From: Octopus bimaculoides
Taxonomy: Eukaryota
Direction: 5' to 3'
Length of the DNA: 64,000 nt
Assembly (NCBI RefSeq): GCF_001194135.2
Contig: NC_069004.1
Location: forward strand, 19,689,263 to 19,753,262
Each line of letters starts with the position of its first letter. The first letter of the stretch is position 1. This document shows, in pieces, positions 13,192 through 26,205 of the stretch. Both the position numbers and the translations under genes were made by a program. The notes under the pieces were generated by a model, which was not told the origin of the DNA, did not search any database, and was given only the letters and a program-made list of their open reading frames with translations.

Positions 13192-14119
13192 TTGTATCCC
13201 CGTAACTTAGCAGTTTGGCCAAAGAGACTGATAAAGTATGAGGCTTAAAAAATAAGTTCTGGGGCCGATTCATTTGACTAAAACTTCGAGGGAGTATCCC
13301 AGTATGGCTGCAGTCTAATGAGTGAAACAAGTAAAAGATAAAAGATCAGAGACTGGTTCGAATGCTCACAGTGCAGGGGCCTTTGCAAGAGGCACCCAAG
13401 GACCAGATGGTGGGGTCAAGCCAAGTGGCTGATTATATTTACTTCTCAGGAACAGTCCTTCAGACTGGCTTCAAATTTCACCAATCAAATTTTAACTCCT
13501 GTGGTTTTGGCTAACACAAGGCAATGGTAGATAGCTGTCCAGGGTGCTGGGCAATGGGATTGAACTGAAAATTGTGTGGTTGTGAAGCAAACTTCTTACC
13601 CCTGCATCATCAATGCCTGCCCACCAAAGCTCGCTTATTTAATCATATACCTTTTACCTTCTACACTTTACTTGTTTCAGTCATTAAGCTGTGGCCATAC
13701 TGGAGCATTACCTTGAATTTTTTTTGTAGTCAAATGCATCAGTCCCAGTACTTACTTAAGTCTGGTACTTATTATATCAGTCTCTTTTGCCGAACCACTG
13801 AGTTACAGGGATGTAAACATACCAATAATGTTTATCAAGCGATAGTGGGGACAAACAAACACATATACATGCACACACACAATGGGATTCTTCCAGTTTA
13901 CGTCTACCAAATCTGGTCAAGACTTTGGTTAGCCTGAGGCTATAGTAGAAGACACCTACCTAAGGTGCCACATGGTGGACTGAACCCAGAACCATGTGGT
14001 TGAGAAGCAAGCTTCTTACCACACGGCCATGCATGTGCCTATATACACAGTAGTTTTTTTCCATCAGTGTTGTTTTATTTATTTATCTATTTATACGTAT
14101 TTCTGTTTTATTCCCCCAG

Positions 14120-14214
14120 TCAACACACGACACATTCTCAGGATGGAGCCAAATCTAGTCTAGACTCTGTATATCCAGCTTCTCTTGTGGAGTCTCATTC
14201 TTTCACTGATGACA
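14120..14214 (+). CDS. REV3L: REV3L exon (QHTTHSQDGAKSSLDSVYPASLVESHSFTDD); phase 2 to 1
   Basis: Acceptor TTCCCCCAG, donor A|GTAAGT, open frame and compatible phases. PASLVESH resembles the recalled human PANMVEVH. Confidence 0.8.
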
Positions 14215-16628
14215 GTAAGTTTTTGTCTTCTTTTTAATCATTATTCTCTTCTTTGCAAGAATTACATAGTTTTATTGACAGTTTTGTGAGCTACACATTT
14301 GGTAGAATGGTGAGAAGTTCCAACTTTAATACCAGTATTGTATAAAGTCTTACTGAAATGAAACACAAATAGACACCATGTCCACTTCAAAGCTAGCTGA
14401 TAACTATTTGGAAGTACAAGGTACTTGATTCAGCTTTCATTCTATGGCAATTTGTCTTAACACACACCTCATTTTCTATCAGAATGTGGCATCTCGACCA
14501 CATCCATTCCTTCTCTATATATATTGTCTTTTACTTGTTTCAGTCATCCAAATGCAGCCATGCTGGGGCACCACCTTGAAGAACTTAACTGTTTTTCTGT
14601 TAAGCCTGGTACTTATTCTATCGGTCTCATTTTGTCAAAGTGCTAAGTTACAGAGATGTAAATAAACCAACACCAGTTGTCAAGTATTGGTGGTGGGCAA
14701 NNNNNNNNNNNNNNNNNNNNNNNNNNNNNNNNNNNNNNNNNNNNNNNNNNNNNNNNNNNNNNNNNNNNNNNNNNNNNNNNNNNNNNNNNNNNNNNNNNNN
14801 NNNNNNNNNNNNNNNNNNNNNNNNNNNNNNNNNNNNNNNNNNNNNNNNNNNNNNNNNNNNNNNNNNNNNNNNNNNNNNNNNNNNNNNNNNNNNNNNNNNN
14901 NNNNNNNNNNNNNNNAACAACTCACAATTGGCTTCTTTCAGTTTCCATCTACCATATTTACTCACAAGGTTTTGGTTAGCAGGAAGGTATAGTAGAAGAC
15001 ACTTGTTCAGGGTGCCACACAGTTGGACTGAACCGAAAACCATGTGGTTGGGAAGCAAAGTTCTTAACCACACAACCACCCTTGTGCCCTTATGATGATA
15101 ATAAATACCATGCAGAAACCTATCACACCGTTTTAATGTTCTCATCAGTTATGATCAGAACATGTTCTGCAAATGTAATATCCATTAGAATTTTTTTTCT
15201 GTACCGACGCCTGTAATCATTTATATCTTTGAAACATTGAGGATAAAATTATTGCCCTTAGCATCAACAATACCTTTACCAAGAATGTGGAGCACAGCTT
15301 AGTGGTTAGGGTATTAGGCTCATGATGGTATGGTCATGACTTTGATTCCCGGCATTGCATTCTGTCCTTGAGCAAGCCACTTTGTTTTATGTTGTTCTAG
15401 TTCACTCAGCTGTCAAAAATGTGTGGTACCTATATTTCAAAGGGCCAGCCTTGTGACACTTAGTGTGACGCTGAATCTCCTTGAGAACTACGTTAGGGGT
15501 CCACGTGTCTGTGGATTGCTCAGTCACTTGCTCGTTAATTTCACAAGTGAGCTGTTCCGTTGATCGGATCAACCGGAACCCTTGTCATTATAAGCAAAGG
15601 AGTGCCAGAATTTCTTACAAACTTACTACTTAAACTAAAGGCATTCTCACATTTAGTTTCATTATATGTTAATGATTCATCATCATCATCATTATCATTT
15701 AACGTCCGCTTTCCATGCTAGCATGGGTTGGACGATTTGACTGGACACTGGCGAACCATATGGCTACACCAGACTCCAATCTGATCTGGCAGAGTTTCTA
15801 CAGCTGGATGCCCTTCCTGACGCCAACCACTCCGAGAGTGTAGTGGGTGCTTTTTACGTGCCACCACTCATGTGTACATGTCAGTAGCTAGCTATCATGC
15901 TGACTTTCATTGCCCACTACATTTGCAACTTACTTTTAATGATAGTCAACTAACAACATGCATGTCCTCTTCTCTCATGCACATAATTCATGTGCACTCA
16001 CGTCACATCACTTGTGTGATGGCAATCAGTCTACATTCATTAATTTCAGCATACAGCTTTTTGTCAATCTGTGACGCCTGCGCTTGTTGTCATGTCTATA
16101 CTTCTTGAATGATGTGATTGAGTGTGATTGTTTGGATGCTGTCAATTTGGCACAGCATGACTGGATATTAAACCTGTTTTGGCACAGGAGGGAAATACAT
16201 ACACAAACATGTGTGGCATGAAGCTTGCTTCCTAACCACATGGTTCCACATACAATTCCATTGCATGGCACCTTGGTCAAGTGGATTTGCTTGACAGAAA
16301 CTGAAGGAAGCCCATCGTATTTATGTGTGTGTTTGTCCTTTACCACCACTTGACAACTGGTGTTGGTTTGTTATGTCCCTGTAACTTAGCAGTTTGGCTA
16401 AAGAGACTGATACATTAAGTACCAGGCTTTAAAAAATAAGTCCTGGAGTTGATTTGTCTGACTGAAAATTCTTCATGGTGGTGCCCCAGCATGGCTGCAG
16501 TCTAAAGACCCGAAACATGTAAAAGAATAAAAGAATACAGAGAGAGGGAGAGCGAGAGAAAGACATTACAATTTATTAATCAAACATTATTGACGTGAAC
16601 ACGTTCCCTCTTCTCACACAAATAAACG

Positions 16629-16852
16629 AAGGAGGTGAGCTGGCAGAATCGTTAGCACGCTGGGCGAAATGCTTAGTGGTATTTCGTCTGTCTTTACGTT
16701 CTGAGTTCAAATTCCGCCAAGGTCAACTTCGCCTTTCATCCTTTCGGGGTCAATAAATTAAGTACCAGTTACGCACTGGGGTCGATGTAATTGACTTAAT
16801 CCCTTTGTCTGTCCTCTCTATGTTTAGCCCCTTGTGGGCAATAAAGAAATAA
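16629..16852 (+). mobile_element. SINE family B (minus copies at ~1-200, 4730-4950, 21845-22285, 54450-54668, 62840-63490)
   Basis: AAGGAGGTGAGCTGGCAGAATCGTTAGCAC...GAGTTCAAATTCCGCC head, repeated through the window and often flanked by (AAT)n. Confidence 0.8.
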
Positions 16853-17025
16853 CAAATAAACGGAGAGGGGAGTTGAGAATGAAGGAAACATTAAAAGTTC
16901 TGATGTCAAACAAGTCAGTATTGAATCAGTAATGCCAGAATGGCTGTGCCAAAACATTTCATACCCCTCTACTACATCATTGAACAGATGCTTAGGAAAC
17001 CTTCAACCACTCACATTCTGCTGCA

Positions 17026-17422
17026 TTAACCCTTTAGCATTCATATTTCTTTGTTCACAGTTTTGAATTAATCATGCAATGCATTGTAGCTTTGAGATTT
17101 TGATGATGTGGTTCCTTTATTTTTGGAATAATATTGTAGGATAGGTGTGAGAGGCCTGTGTTAACATAAAACCAGTAGAATATTTGAGCCAAATAAAAAG
17201 CCGGCTTAAATGATAAAGGGTTAAACTACAGACCCAATATTATTTAACCCATTTGAATTAATCGTGCATTATCTTGTAGCTTTGTAATTTTGATGAGGTA
17301 GCTATTAATTTTTTAGAATGACATTGTAGGGTTGGTGTGACAGGCTAGATCTGACCAGTTTCAACATAAAGCAGGTAGAATATTTTGGCTGCATATGGCC
17401 AGTTTAAATGGTAAAGGGTTAA
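17026..17422. mobile_element. Two tandem piggyBac-like MITEs (17026-17224 and 17244-17422)
   Basis: TTAA-CCC...AAAGGG-TTAA ends. Internal sequence is shared with copies at ~7270-7352, 19730-19933, 25040-25200, 42780-42970 and 50515-50726. Confidence 0.75.
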
Positions 17423-18926
17423 AACCTGTACTGTTACTACATCCATTTTACTCATGATCATGACTCAGAACCCAAACTATCATATTTCCTGAAGCAGTGG
17501 CTCAATCTGCTAAAAAGAGTAGCTAAATCATATCAATCATCTTAAAATTTAAAGGACATATGTGATAGTGAAGTCTTAGAAATACTGCTTGAAAATAGAG
17601 ACAGTCGTGGTTGGAATGCTTTTGGTCATTGATCTGCTTGACTGGAGACAGTCAGGGCTAAGCAACAAGAACCGTATTTCCTAAATGGTCCATCCTTCTC
17701 TTTTATGGCAATCTGACATTCTTCACACAAACCAAAGATGCATTTCAAAAGCTGGATTTCTATTTCAGTTACATAATAATTATGTTAACTCTGAGCAACT
17801 GATCGGTTTTTTACCAATCAATAAATCAATAAGTAAACAGTGAAAAATTCATCTACACCTATTTCTATTATCACCCGTTCCAGTCATAGGACTGAGTCAC
17901 ATCGTGAAGCAGTGGATGTGAGACCTAAAACTACAGTCATCCTTGTAACACTGTCCAGGGAGCCCCCCCCCCCCNNNNNNNNNNNNNNNNNNNNNNNNNN
18001 NNNNNNNNNNNNNNNNNNNNNNNNNNNNNNNNNNNNNNNNNNNNNNNNNNNNNNNNNNNNNNNNNNNNNNNNNNNNNNNNNNNNNNNNNNNNNNNNNNNN
18101 NNNNNNNNNNNNNNNNNNNNNNNNNNNNNNNNNNNNNNNNNNNNNNNNNNNNNNNNNNNNNNNNNNNNNNNNNNNNNNNNNNNNNNNNNNNNNNNNNNNN
18201 NNNNNNNNNNNNNNNNNNNNNNNNNNNNNNNNNNNNNNNNNNNNNNNNNNNNNNNNNNNNNNNNNNNNNNNNNNNNNNNNNNNNNNNNNNNNNNNNNNNN
18301 NNNNNNNNNNNNNNNNNNNNNNNNNNNNNNNNNNNNNNNNNNNNNNNNNNNNNNNNNNNNNNNNNNNNNNNNNNNNNNNNNNNNNNNNNNNNNNNNNNNN
18401 NNNNNNNNNNNNNNNNNNNNNNNNNNNNNNNNNNNNNNNNNNNNNNNNNNNNNNNNNNNNNNNNNNNNNNNNNNNNNNNNNNNNNNNNNNNNNNNNNNNN
18501 NNNNNNNNNNNNNNNNNNNNNNNNNNNNNNNNNNNNNNNNNNNNNNNNNNNNNNNNNNNNNNNNNNNNNNNNNNNNNNNNNNNNNNNNNNNNNNNNNNNN
18601 NNNNNNNNNNNNNNNNNNNNNNNNNNNNNNNNNNNNNNNNNNNNNNNNNNNNNNNNNNNNNNNNNNNNNNNNNNNNNNNNNNNNNNNNNNNNNNNNNNNN
18701 NNNNNNNNNNNNNNNNNNNNNNNNNNNNNNNNNNNNNNNNNNNNNNNNNNNNNNNNNNNNNNNNNNNNNNNNNNNNNNNNNNNNNNNNNNNNNNNNNNNN
18801 NNNNNNNNNNNNNNNNNNNNNNNNNNNNNNNNNNNNNNNNNNNNNNNNNNNNNNNNNNNNNNNNNNNNNNNNNNNNNNNNNNNNNNNNNNNNNNNNNNNN
18901 NNNNNNNNNNNNNNNNNNNNNNNNNN

Positions 18927-18993
<67 letters not shown>

Positions 18994-20800
18994 AGGTATC
19001 TATGTACTTCCTCTGTAGTAAGACATCTGTTTCTCTATCTCACTTTAATCTTTTATCATCTGACACAAGATGCCCCTCCTCTCTCAAAATTGCTTGTCTT
19101 GCAGTTACTTAGTGACCCTGCCAGTGCTGATGCCATGTAAAAGGCATCCACTCCACATTGTGAAGTGGTTGGCATTTGGAAGGACATCCAGCTGTAAAAA
19201 ACATGCAAAAATTGACCTTGCCTATGCTGGTGCCACATAAAAAGCCCTGAGTCCTCTCTGCAGAATGGTTGGTGTCAGGAAGGGCATCCAGCTGTAAAAA
19301 GCATGCCAAAACAGACACAGTAGCCTGGTGTGATCTTGTCAAACCGTCCAACCCATGCCTGCATGGAAGACAGACATTTGATGGTATATATACATATCTA
19401 TATATATACACACACACACAAACTGAAAGGCTTCAATTTTCAGAACTCAGTTATTCATTTCCAAAGGTGCCAGTTGAAACTTCCAGGGTTCTTGGCCCCA
19501 CCAGACCGTATCCCTGCTTGCTGCTATTAAGGCATTAATTGCTGTCTGCAAGTGCAAGCCCTGTGAGTTGAGAGTGGTAGTTCTAGCACATCTCCCTTTT
19601 AGGGCAACAACCTTTTCCATTTTGTCTGCTGGTGCCATGAGAAATGTTTCTATATTTTGAGAGGCAAGATTCTCCATATTCATATAATCATTGCAATTGG
19701 ATGAAGCTCATCAGTTGGTAAACTAAGCCTGCTCAAATGTGATGCTTATATATTCACGTTGTTTTTAATTACTTTTGCATTGTCTTGTAGCTTTGAAGCT
19801 TCAGCTTCAGCGATGTGATTGTTTATTTTTAGAATAACATTGTTGGTGTAGGAGGCCAGATCTGGCTTGGAAATACTTAAAATGGGTAGAATATTTGAGC
19901 CTGATACGGCCAGTTTAAATGCTGAAGGGTTAAAGGAATTTGTGGAAGCATATAAAACTGTTTCAGTGTTTCTTAGAAAATCTTGATTAGGTCACCTGTA
20001 AAGCTAATCCAGTTTTTGTTGTTTTTTTTCTTAATTTTAACAGGTACATAGGTAGAATTAGTTTTTATTTTACAATATCTGCACTTGTTACATGCATATC
20101 ATCTTCATCTTCATCATCATTTTACATTTGTTTTTCCATGCTGGCATCTAAACTGCTCTGCTCTCACTCTCACTTTGACAACAGCCACAGTCTTTCATGT
20201 TGTGTGGCCTTTTGTTTTGTTATCCACTGTGACTGTCTGTCATCTGACACACACAACAAGAGAATAAACTGGCTGACTCCATTATGTCTAGCATGATTTT
20301 TGGTCTGGATTTTTTAGAATTGGATGTTTTTCCTAATATGGACCACTTAACAGCATATATATGTATGTACATATTTGTAGAGTGTATAAAGGTCATGTTT
20401 TGCAATCCTTATAAGTGTCCAGTTTCTCAAACACAGAGGATATAAAACCCTACTGTCTGTCTTTTATTTTTTAATAATTTCCTCTCCTGTCTACTTTACC
20501 TTGAAGATGGACTTTGTCCAAAACCTTGGCTTTTCCATGCTCACCAGCAATTTTGCTGCACCCTTTCTGTTGATCTCACACACACACACTGATGTGTATG
20601 TTTGTAAGAAGCTTTTGTACTGGGTAACAAAACCAGGAAATGATTCAGTACAAGTATAAAGTGTAAATATTTTATTTGTTTGAATATATGTATATGTTAA
20701 ATTCAAATTACGACAAACGTAAATAAACAAACGGAGTTTGCTTTTAGAAGCGTTGAGATGTCTTAGAAAGTTAAAGTGATTTTAAATTCTCAATCGCAGA

Positions 20801-20965
20801 ATAATGCTAATAATATAGCCTGAACAGGATAAACTATCCCTGTTTGGCAGAGAAAAGTGTAGGTGGCTCACGGGGATGTGAGTTTGAGTCCACAGCTAGC
20901 CACCTACACTTTTCTCTGCAAAATAGGGATAGTTTATCCTGTTCAGGCTATATTATTAGCATTAT
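20801..20965. repeat. Foldback hairpin / MITE (~68-bp arms)
   Basis: ATAATGCTAATAATATAGCCTGAACAGGATAAACTATCCCTG...GTAGGTGGCT is mirrored at 20898-20965 with very few mismatches. Confidence 0.85.
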
Positions 20966-21259
20966 ATGTATATGATTCTTATACAAGAATGTTGTTGACA
21001 GTGACTTTTGATACCAGCCCACCTGAAACCAACCTTAGTTTTATGATGTGAATTCTCAATTTTAAAGTGATCTAAATTCAAAAATTTCAAAGTTTCGTGT
21101 TAATTTATGTTTCAAACGCCAACTTAAAAGAATGACAGGTATTTTAATAAATTCTTCATTATTTCTAAAATTAATCCAGACAAAGGTTGTGTATTTCAAC
21201 AGAAATACGATAACAAAAGGGTTAATGTATATATAATTGATATTTCTTTCCATTTTTAG

Positions 21260-21461
21260 GTACTGATTTGACAAAATTACTAGCATCTATGTTGGCTAGT
21301 CAAGGAGAAAAACTATCTCAAGATAGAACTGTAAATGACAGTGACAGCATTCTTTCAAGTCAGCCTTTAGAAGATCCAGAAGAAGATGAACGTGAAAGTG
21401 TAACAATGTCCCAAATTTTTAAGGACGAAGATTTTCCTTTGGAATCTGATGCAGAAAGGCA
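21260..21461 (+). CDS. REV3L: REV3L exon (TDLTKLLASMLASQ...EDERESVTMSQIFKDEDFPLESDAER); phase 1 to 2
   Basis: Acceptor TTTTTAG and donor CA|GTAAGT. Resembles the recalled human ALVHLLAGL and EMELSLVMSQ. Confidence 0.88.
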
Positions 21462-24025
21462 GTAAGTTGTGATGCAAAGGAATCTTTTTGTTCATGCTGT
21501 TTTGTTTTGTTTGAAATGGAGGTGTTTGCTGGTAGATCAAACAGGTTATAGAATATATTTTAGGGCAAGGTCGCCTCTGGTATTAAAACTTTGATTATAT
21601 TAAGTATGTATTTAAGATGCTGCTACCAACGAAAGGAGTGTATAGGCATGGCAGCTATGCTGAGATGAATGGGTGATATATGTGATGTATGAGGTAAACT
21701 ACTTATGTATGGCTAGATATTAATTAAGATAGATGATTTGTTGTAGAGCCATCCAACAACTAACATTAGCAAAGAAAACATAATTATGACTTTTAAAAAG
21801 GATACATTTATTAGATTTGCTTTTTAGTTATTGTGTTCAGGGTGTTGGTTTCAAATTTTTGGCACAAGACCAGTAAGTTTGGGGGTGGGGTTAAGTCATT
21901 TACATCAACCTCAGAGCTCAACTGGTATTTGTTTTATCAACCCTGAAAAGGTGAAAGGCAAATTTGAACTCCGAACATAAAAACTGACAAAATGCTGCTA
22001 AGCATTTTGCCTAGCATGCTAATGATTCTGCCAGCTCACTGCCTTAAATAAAAATAATGATAATAATACTAATAATAGCAATAATAATAATCCTTTCTAC
22101 TATAAGCACAAAAGGCTGAAAATTTGGGGCAGAGGGCTTGTTGATTACATTTACCCCAGTGTGTAACTGGTACTTATTTCATCAACCCTTAAAGGATGAA
22201 AAGCAAAATCGACCTCAGCAGAATTTGAACTCAGAACGTAAAGATGGATGAAATGCTAAGCATTTTGCCTTAGTCCACCGCCTTATTGTGGTCAGAGTAT
22301 TATATACAGATTTAGTTTTATTATTACTGCTGTATTTACTGTTTGTTGATAAATTCCCAGTTATTTTCAATTTTGTTTTCATTTAAGATGTTTGGTAACT
22401 AGGATTACAAACCTGCACAGTGGGGGGGGGGGGGGTGCTGAAAAGTTCTTAGCTTTAAGAGTATTGTAGAAAGCCTGGTTGGAGGCCCAACCTAATGAGT
22501 TCTTTTACAGGGTTTAGGAAAACTGAAGGACCACTGCAATAAGTGTGTGAATCTAAGAGGGAAATATATTGAATGAAATCATAATTAACTGATTCTCCTG
22601 TATTTTCTTTTACCCAAAGCCAAGAACTTTTCAGCACCCCTTTGTCTATGAAAAAGATTTCATACAGCCAGCTTTGTCTGGACCATTGTATTCTCCAAGG
22701 AGTGAAAGTGGATTTAATTAATCATCATCATCATCGTTTAACGTCCGCTTTCCATGCTAGCATGGGTTGGACGATTTGACTGAGGACTGTTGAACCGGAT
22801 GGCTGCACCAGGCTCCAATCTGATCTGGCAGAGTTTCTACAGCTGGATGCCCTTCCTAATGCCAAACACTCCGAATGACAGTTAAAAAATTTTCCCAGTC
22901 TTATGATTTATGATGCAAAGTGTTGTTTACATTACTTCACAAGTAACTATAATTTCTACCAATTATTCAATAAGAGTGAGCTTCGGTAACTGTCCCCAAG
23001 TGTCTGGCATCCCTTAAAAGTCCCAATACAGGGTATATGAAGAACAGACCAAGAAACTAATGACCCTTGAACTAACTTGGCAGCTGTATTATCTATTGTG
23101 TTGATGTCACACCATGATAATACCTCAACCTGATAAACGAGGTCTTAGAAAATGTCTGTTCCAAAATAGTTTGCATCAATGCAACTTATTCCATCATGGT
23201 CATCTAGAGAACAGGGTAGAGTGGAATTAAAGTTTAGAAACTAAGAAAAACGATGGGGGAATACAAAGATGACCACTTATGAACAGAGTATCACTGTCCA
23301 TAGACATTTAAGGCACTGTGTCTGCTGTCTCACAGAAATATTCTGTTTTATTTGTTACCCTGCCTTAACTCATTAGCATTCAGATTATTCTGCCAAATGT
23401 ATTTTATTTATTTATTTATTTATGTGTTTCAGCCAAGTGGCTGCGGTCATGCTGGTGCACCGTTTATTTTTTTACTTGGGTATGTAGGAATTAAAGGAAA
23501 AGCAAATAGGGAGTCGTAGTGTCTATGACTTCCCCCATCACATAACTGAGACAGACTGTTCAAGCTAAGAACTGATTTAGACTTATGGACTTAATGTCAG
23601 AATATTTCATAAACTTCATGACAATACAGGCATGGCTGTGTGATAAAAAGCTTGCTTCTCGACCACATGGTACCAAGTTCAGTCTCACTACATGTCACCT
23701 TGGGAAAATGTTTTCTACTGTAGCCTTGTGAATGGATTTGGTAGACAGAAACTGAAAGAAGCCCATTGTATATAATATATATATATGTTTATGTTTGTTT
23801 GTCCCCACCACTGCTCTGTAAATTAGTGTTTCAGTAAAAGCAGCTGAAAGAATAAGTACTAGACTTAAAAAAAAAAATCCTGGGGTCAATTTGTTCAACT
23901 AAAACCCGTCAAAGCAGTGCCCCAGCATGGCCGCAGTCAAATGACTGAAACCAGTATATGATACAATCTCCTAATGCACTGAAAAATTATTTTCTGCACA
24001 TTATTGATTTGTTTTGTCTTTACAG

Positions 24026-24156
24026 CAATTACATCAAATCAGATGATTTTTCTCAATCATTGGATGAAGAAATGGTTAGTGATGACATTTTGGATGTCGA
24101 ATCTGATGAAGAAACTATCCCTCAGTTTGATGGGCCAATTGATGAAAAACCTGCTG
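24026..24156 (+). CDS. REV3L: REV3L exon (NYIKSDDFSQSLDEEMVSDDILDVESDEETIPQFDGPIDEKPA); phase 2 to 1
   Basis: Acceptor CTTTACAG and donor G|GTAATT. IPQFDGPIDE matches the conserved REV3 motif IPQLDGTADE. Confidence 0.92.
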
Positions 24157-24268
24157 GTAATTAATTAGATTTTAACCATTTCATTATTATAATTCTGTTT
24201 TGATTAAATTCTAAAACCAATATGAATGCAGACTGGTTTGGCAAAACAACTATAACTTTTTAAATGTA

Positions 24269-24494
24269 TTGGGTTGTCTGGAAAGTTTGTGCCGATTTCT
24301 AAAGAAAAGAAAAAGGTCAATAAATACTTGCCATTTAATTTTTAATCAACCACATATGAACCATTTTGTTGCACAATACGTCTCTATCTTTCCTTTAACT
24401 AGAAAATACCCTTCCCAGAACTGAGGTGGTTTCATGGCAAATAAGTCGGAAGGTAAGCTACTGCAAATCTGCACAAACTTTCTGGACAACCCAA
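24269..24494. mobile_element. Mariner-derived MITE
   Basis: TA-TTGGGTTGTCTGGAAAGTTTGTGC...GCACAAACTTTCTGGACAACCCAA-TA terminal inverted repeats. Confidence 0.8.
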
Positions 24495-25259
24495 TATTTC
24501 AGGAATTGGATATAAGGTGCAGGCATAGCTCTGGTTGAGAAGTTTGCTTGTCAATCATATCGTCTTTAGTTCAGTCCTACTTTGAGGCACTTGGGGCATG
24601 TGTCTTCTACTATAGCCCTGGAGAAACCAAAGTCTTCTGAGTGAATTTGGTAGACAAAAACTGAAAGAAGCCTGTCATGTGTGTCTTTTTGCCTGTTCCC
24701 TCCCCCACTCACATAGGCTTGACAACCAGTTAAGAGTTAGTGTGTTTACGCCCCTGTAACGTAGCATGGCCACAGTCCAATGACTGAAATGAGAACATTT
24801 TAGATGAAGGAAAGTAAAAGATTTGGAATAAAATTGCAAAGAAAAATTCCAAGATCACAGAATTCATGCCATAATGATGCTGAATGGTTGTTGATGTTTA
24901 GCACCAAATCAACCCGATGGAGCAGACCTTTGATTGAAGGCATTCCAGCAGTGACCATCCTGTCTTATCACTTATTCACTGTGAACCTAAAACTACGTTA
25001 TCTAATGTGTCTTTTAGTAAGATGGAGGAATGTGATTTAACCCTTTAGCTTTCAGATTATTCTGTCAAATGTAATACTTATTTATTCATGTTTTGGAGTA
25101 ATCATGCATTATCTCATGGCTGCAAGGATGTCATTGTATTTTTTTTTTTTAGAATGACATTGTAGGTTAAAAGTGAAAGGCCAGATATGGCTGGTTTAAG
25201 TGCTTTTACTGGTTTCAGTCATTAGACTGACCATGCTGGGGCACCACCTTGAATTTTTA

Positions 25260-25650
25260 GCAGGAGTGGCTGTGTGGTAAGTAGCTTACTTACCAACCAC
25301 ATGGTTCTGGGTTCAGTCCCATTGCGTGGCACCTTGGGCAAGTGTCTTCTACTATAGCCTCGGGCCGACCAAAGTCTTGTGAGTGGATTTGGTAGACGGA
25401 AACTGAAAGAAGCCCGTCGTATATATGTATATATATATATATATATATATTGTGTGTGTGTTTGTTCCCCCAACATCACTTGACAACCGATGCTGGTGTG
25501 CTTATGTCCCCGTAACTTAGTGGTTCGGCAAAAGAGACTGATAGAATAAGTACTAGGATTACAAAGAATAAGTCCTGGGGTCGATTTACTTGACTAAAGG
25601 CGGTGCTCCAGCATGGCCGCAGTCAAATGACTGAAACAAGTAAAAGAGTA
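25260..25650 (+). mobile_element. tRNA-headed SINE family A, full copy (others at ~3324, 12890, 23630, 24515, 40880, 63805; minus-strand copies too)
   Basis: CAGGAGTGGCTGTGTGGTAAG...GGTTCAGTCCC head with A/B-box-like motifs, internal (TA)n/(TG)n, and a GACTGAAACAAGTAAAAGAG tail. Many dispersed copies. Confidence 0.85.
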
Positions 25651-26205
25651 AATGTATCAACCCCAGTACTTATTTTTTAAAGCCTGGTACTTATTCTATC
25701 AATCTCTCTTACTGAACCACTAAGTTATGGAGGCATAAATTCCACCAGCACCAGTTGTCAAGCAGTGTGGCAGGGGACAAAGATGCACACACGCATAGAT
25801 GTATACATATATACAACGAGCTTCTTTCAGTTTTTATCTACCAAATTCACTCTCAACGCTTTGATCATCCCAAGACTATAGTAGAAGACACGTTCCCAAG
25901 ATATCACACAGTGGGACCGAACCCAGAACCATGTGGTTGGAAAGCAAGCTTCATACCACACAGCCAAGGAGATTGAGTTATTTTTCCTTCCCTATTTGGT
26001 TATTGTTTCTTACATAAAGGCTCCTTTGTTGCCTCAGAGTGATTACCATTGTGAAATCCCATTATCACTAACGTTGAGGTGTGCAACTGCTTCCAAAAGG
26101 GTTTTAAACTATTAGTATCTCCATTGCTGGTATTTTATTCTTTAATTCTTTAATTATGCACATGTATACATCTTTATTTATAAAATATCTCTTTTATCTT
26201 TACAG

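Noticed and set aside
19447-19683. 78-aa minus-strand ORF in non-SINE sequence
   Set aside because: No recognisable motif or splice context; possibly a decayed TE.
20010-20049. Long polypyrimidine tract plus CAG|GT resembling a recursive splice site
   Set aside because: The regenerated donor (GTACAT) is weak, the intron is only ~7 kb, and such motifs arise by chance in T-rich DNA.
25260-25340. tRNA-like sequences at SINE heads
   Set aside because: There is no complete cloverleaf or acceptor stem, and each continues into a SINE body. No true tRNA gene was found.
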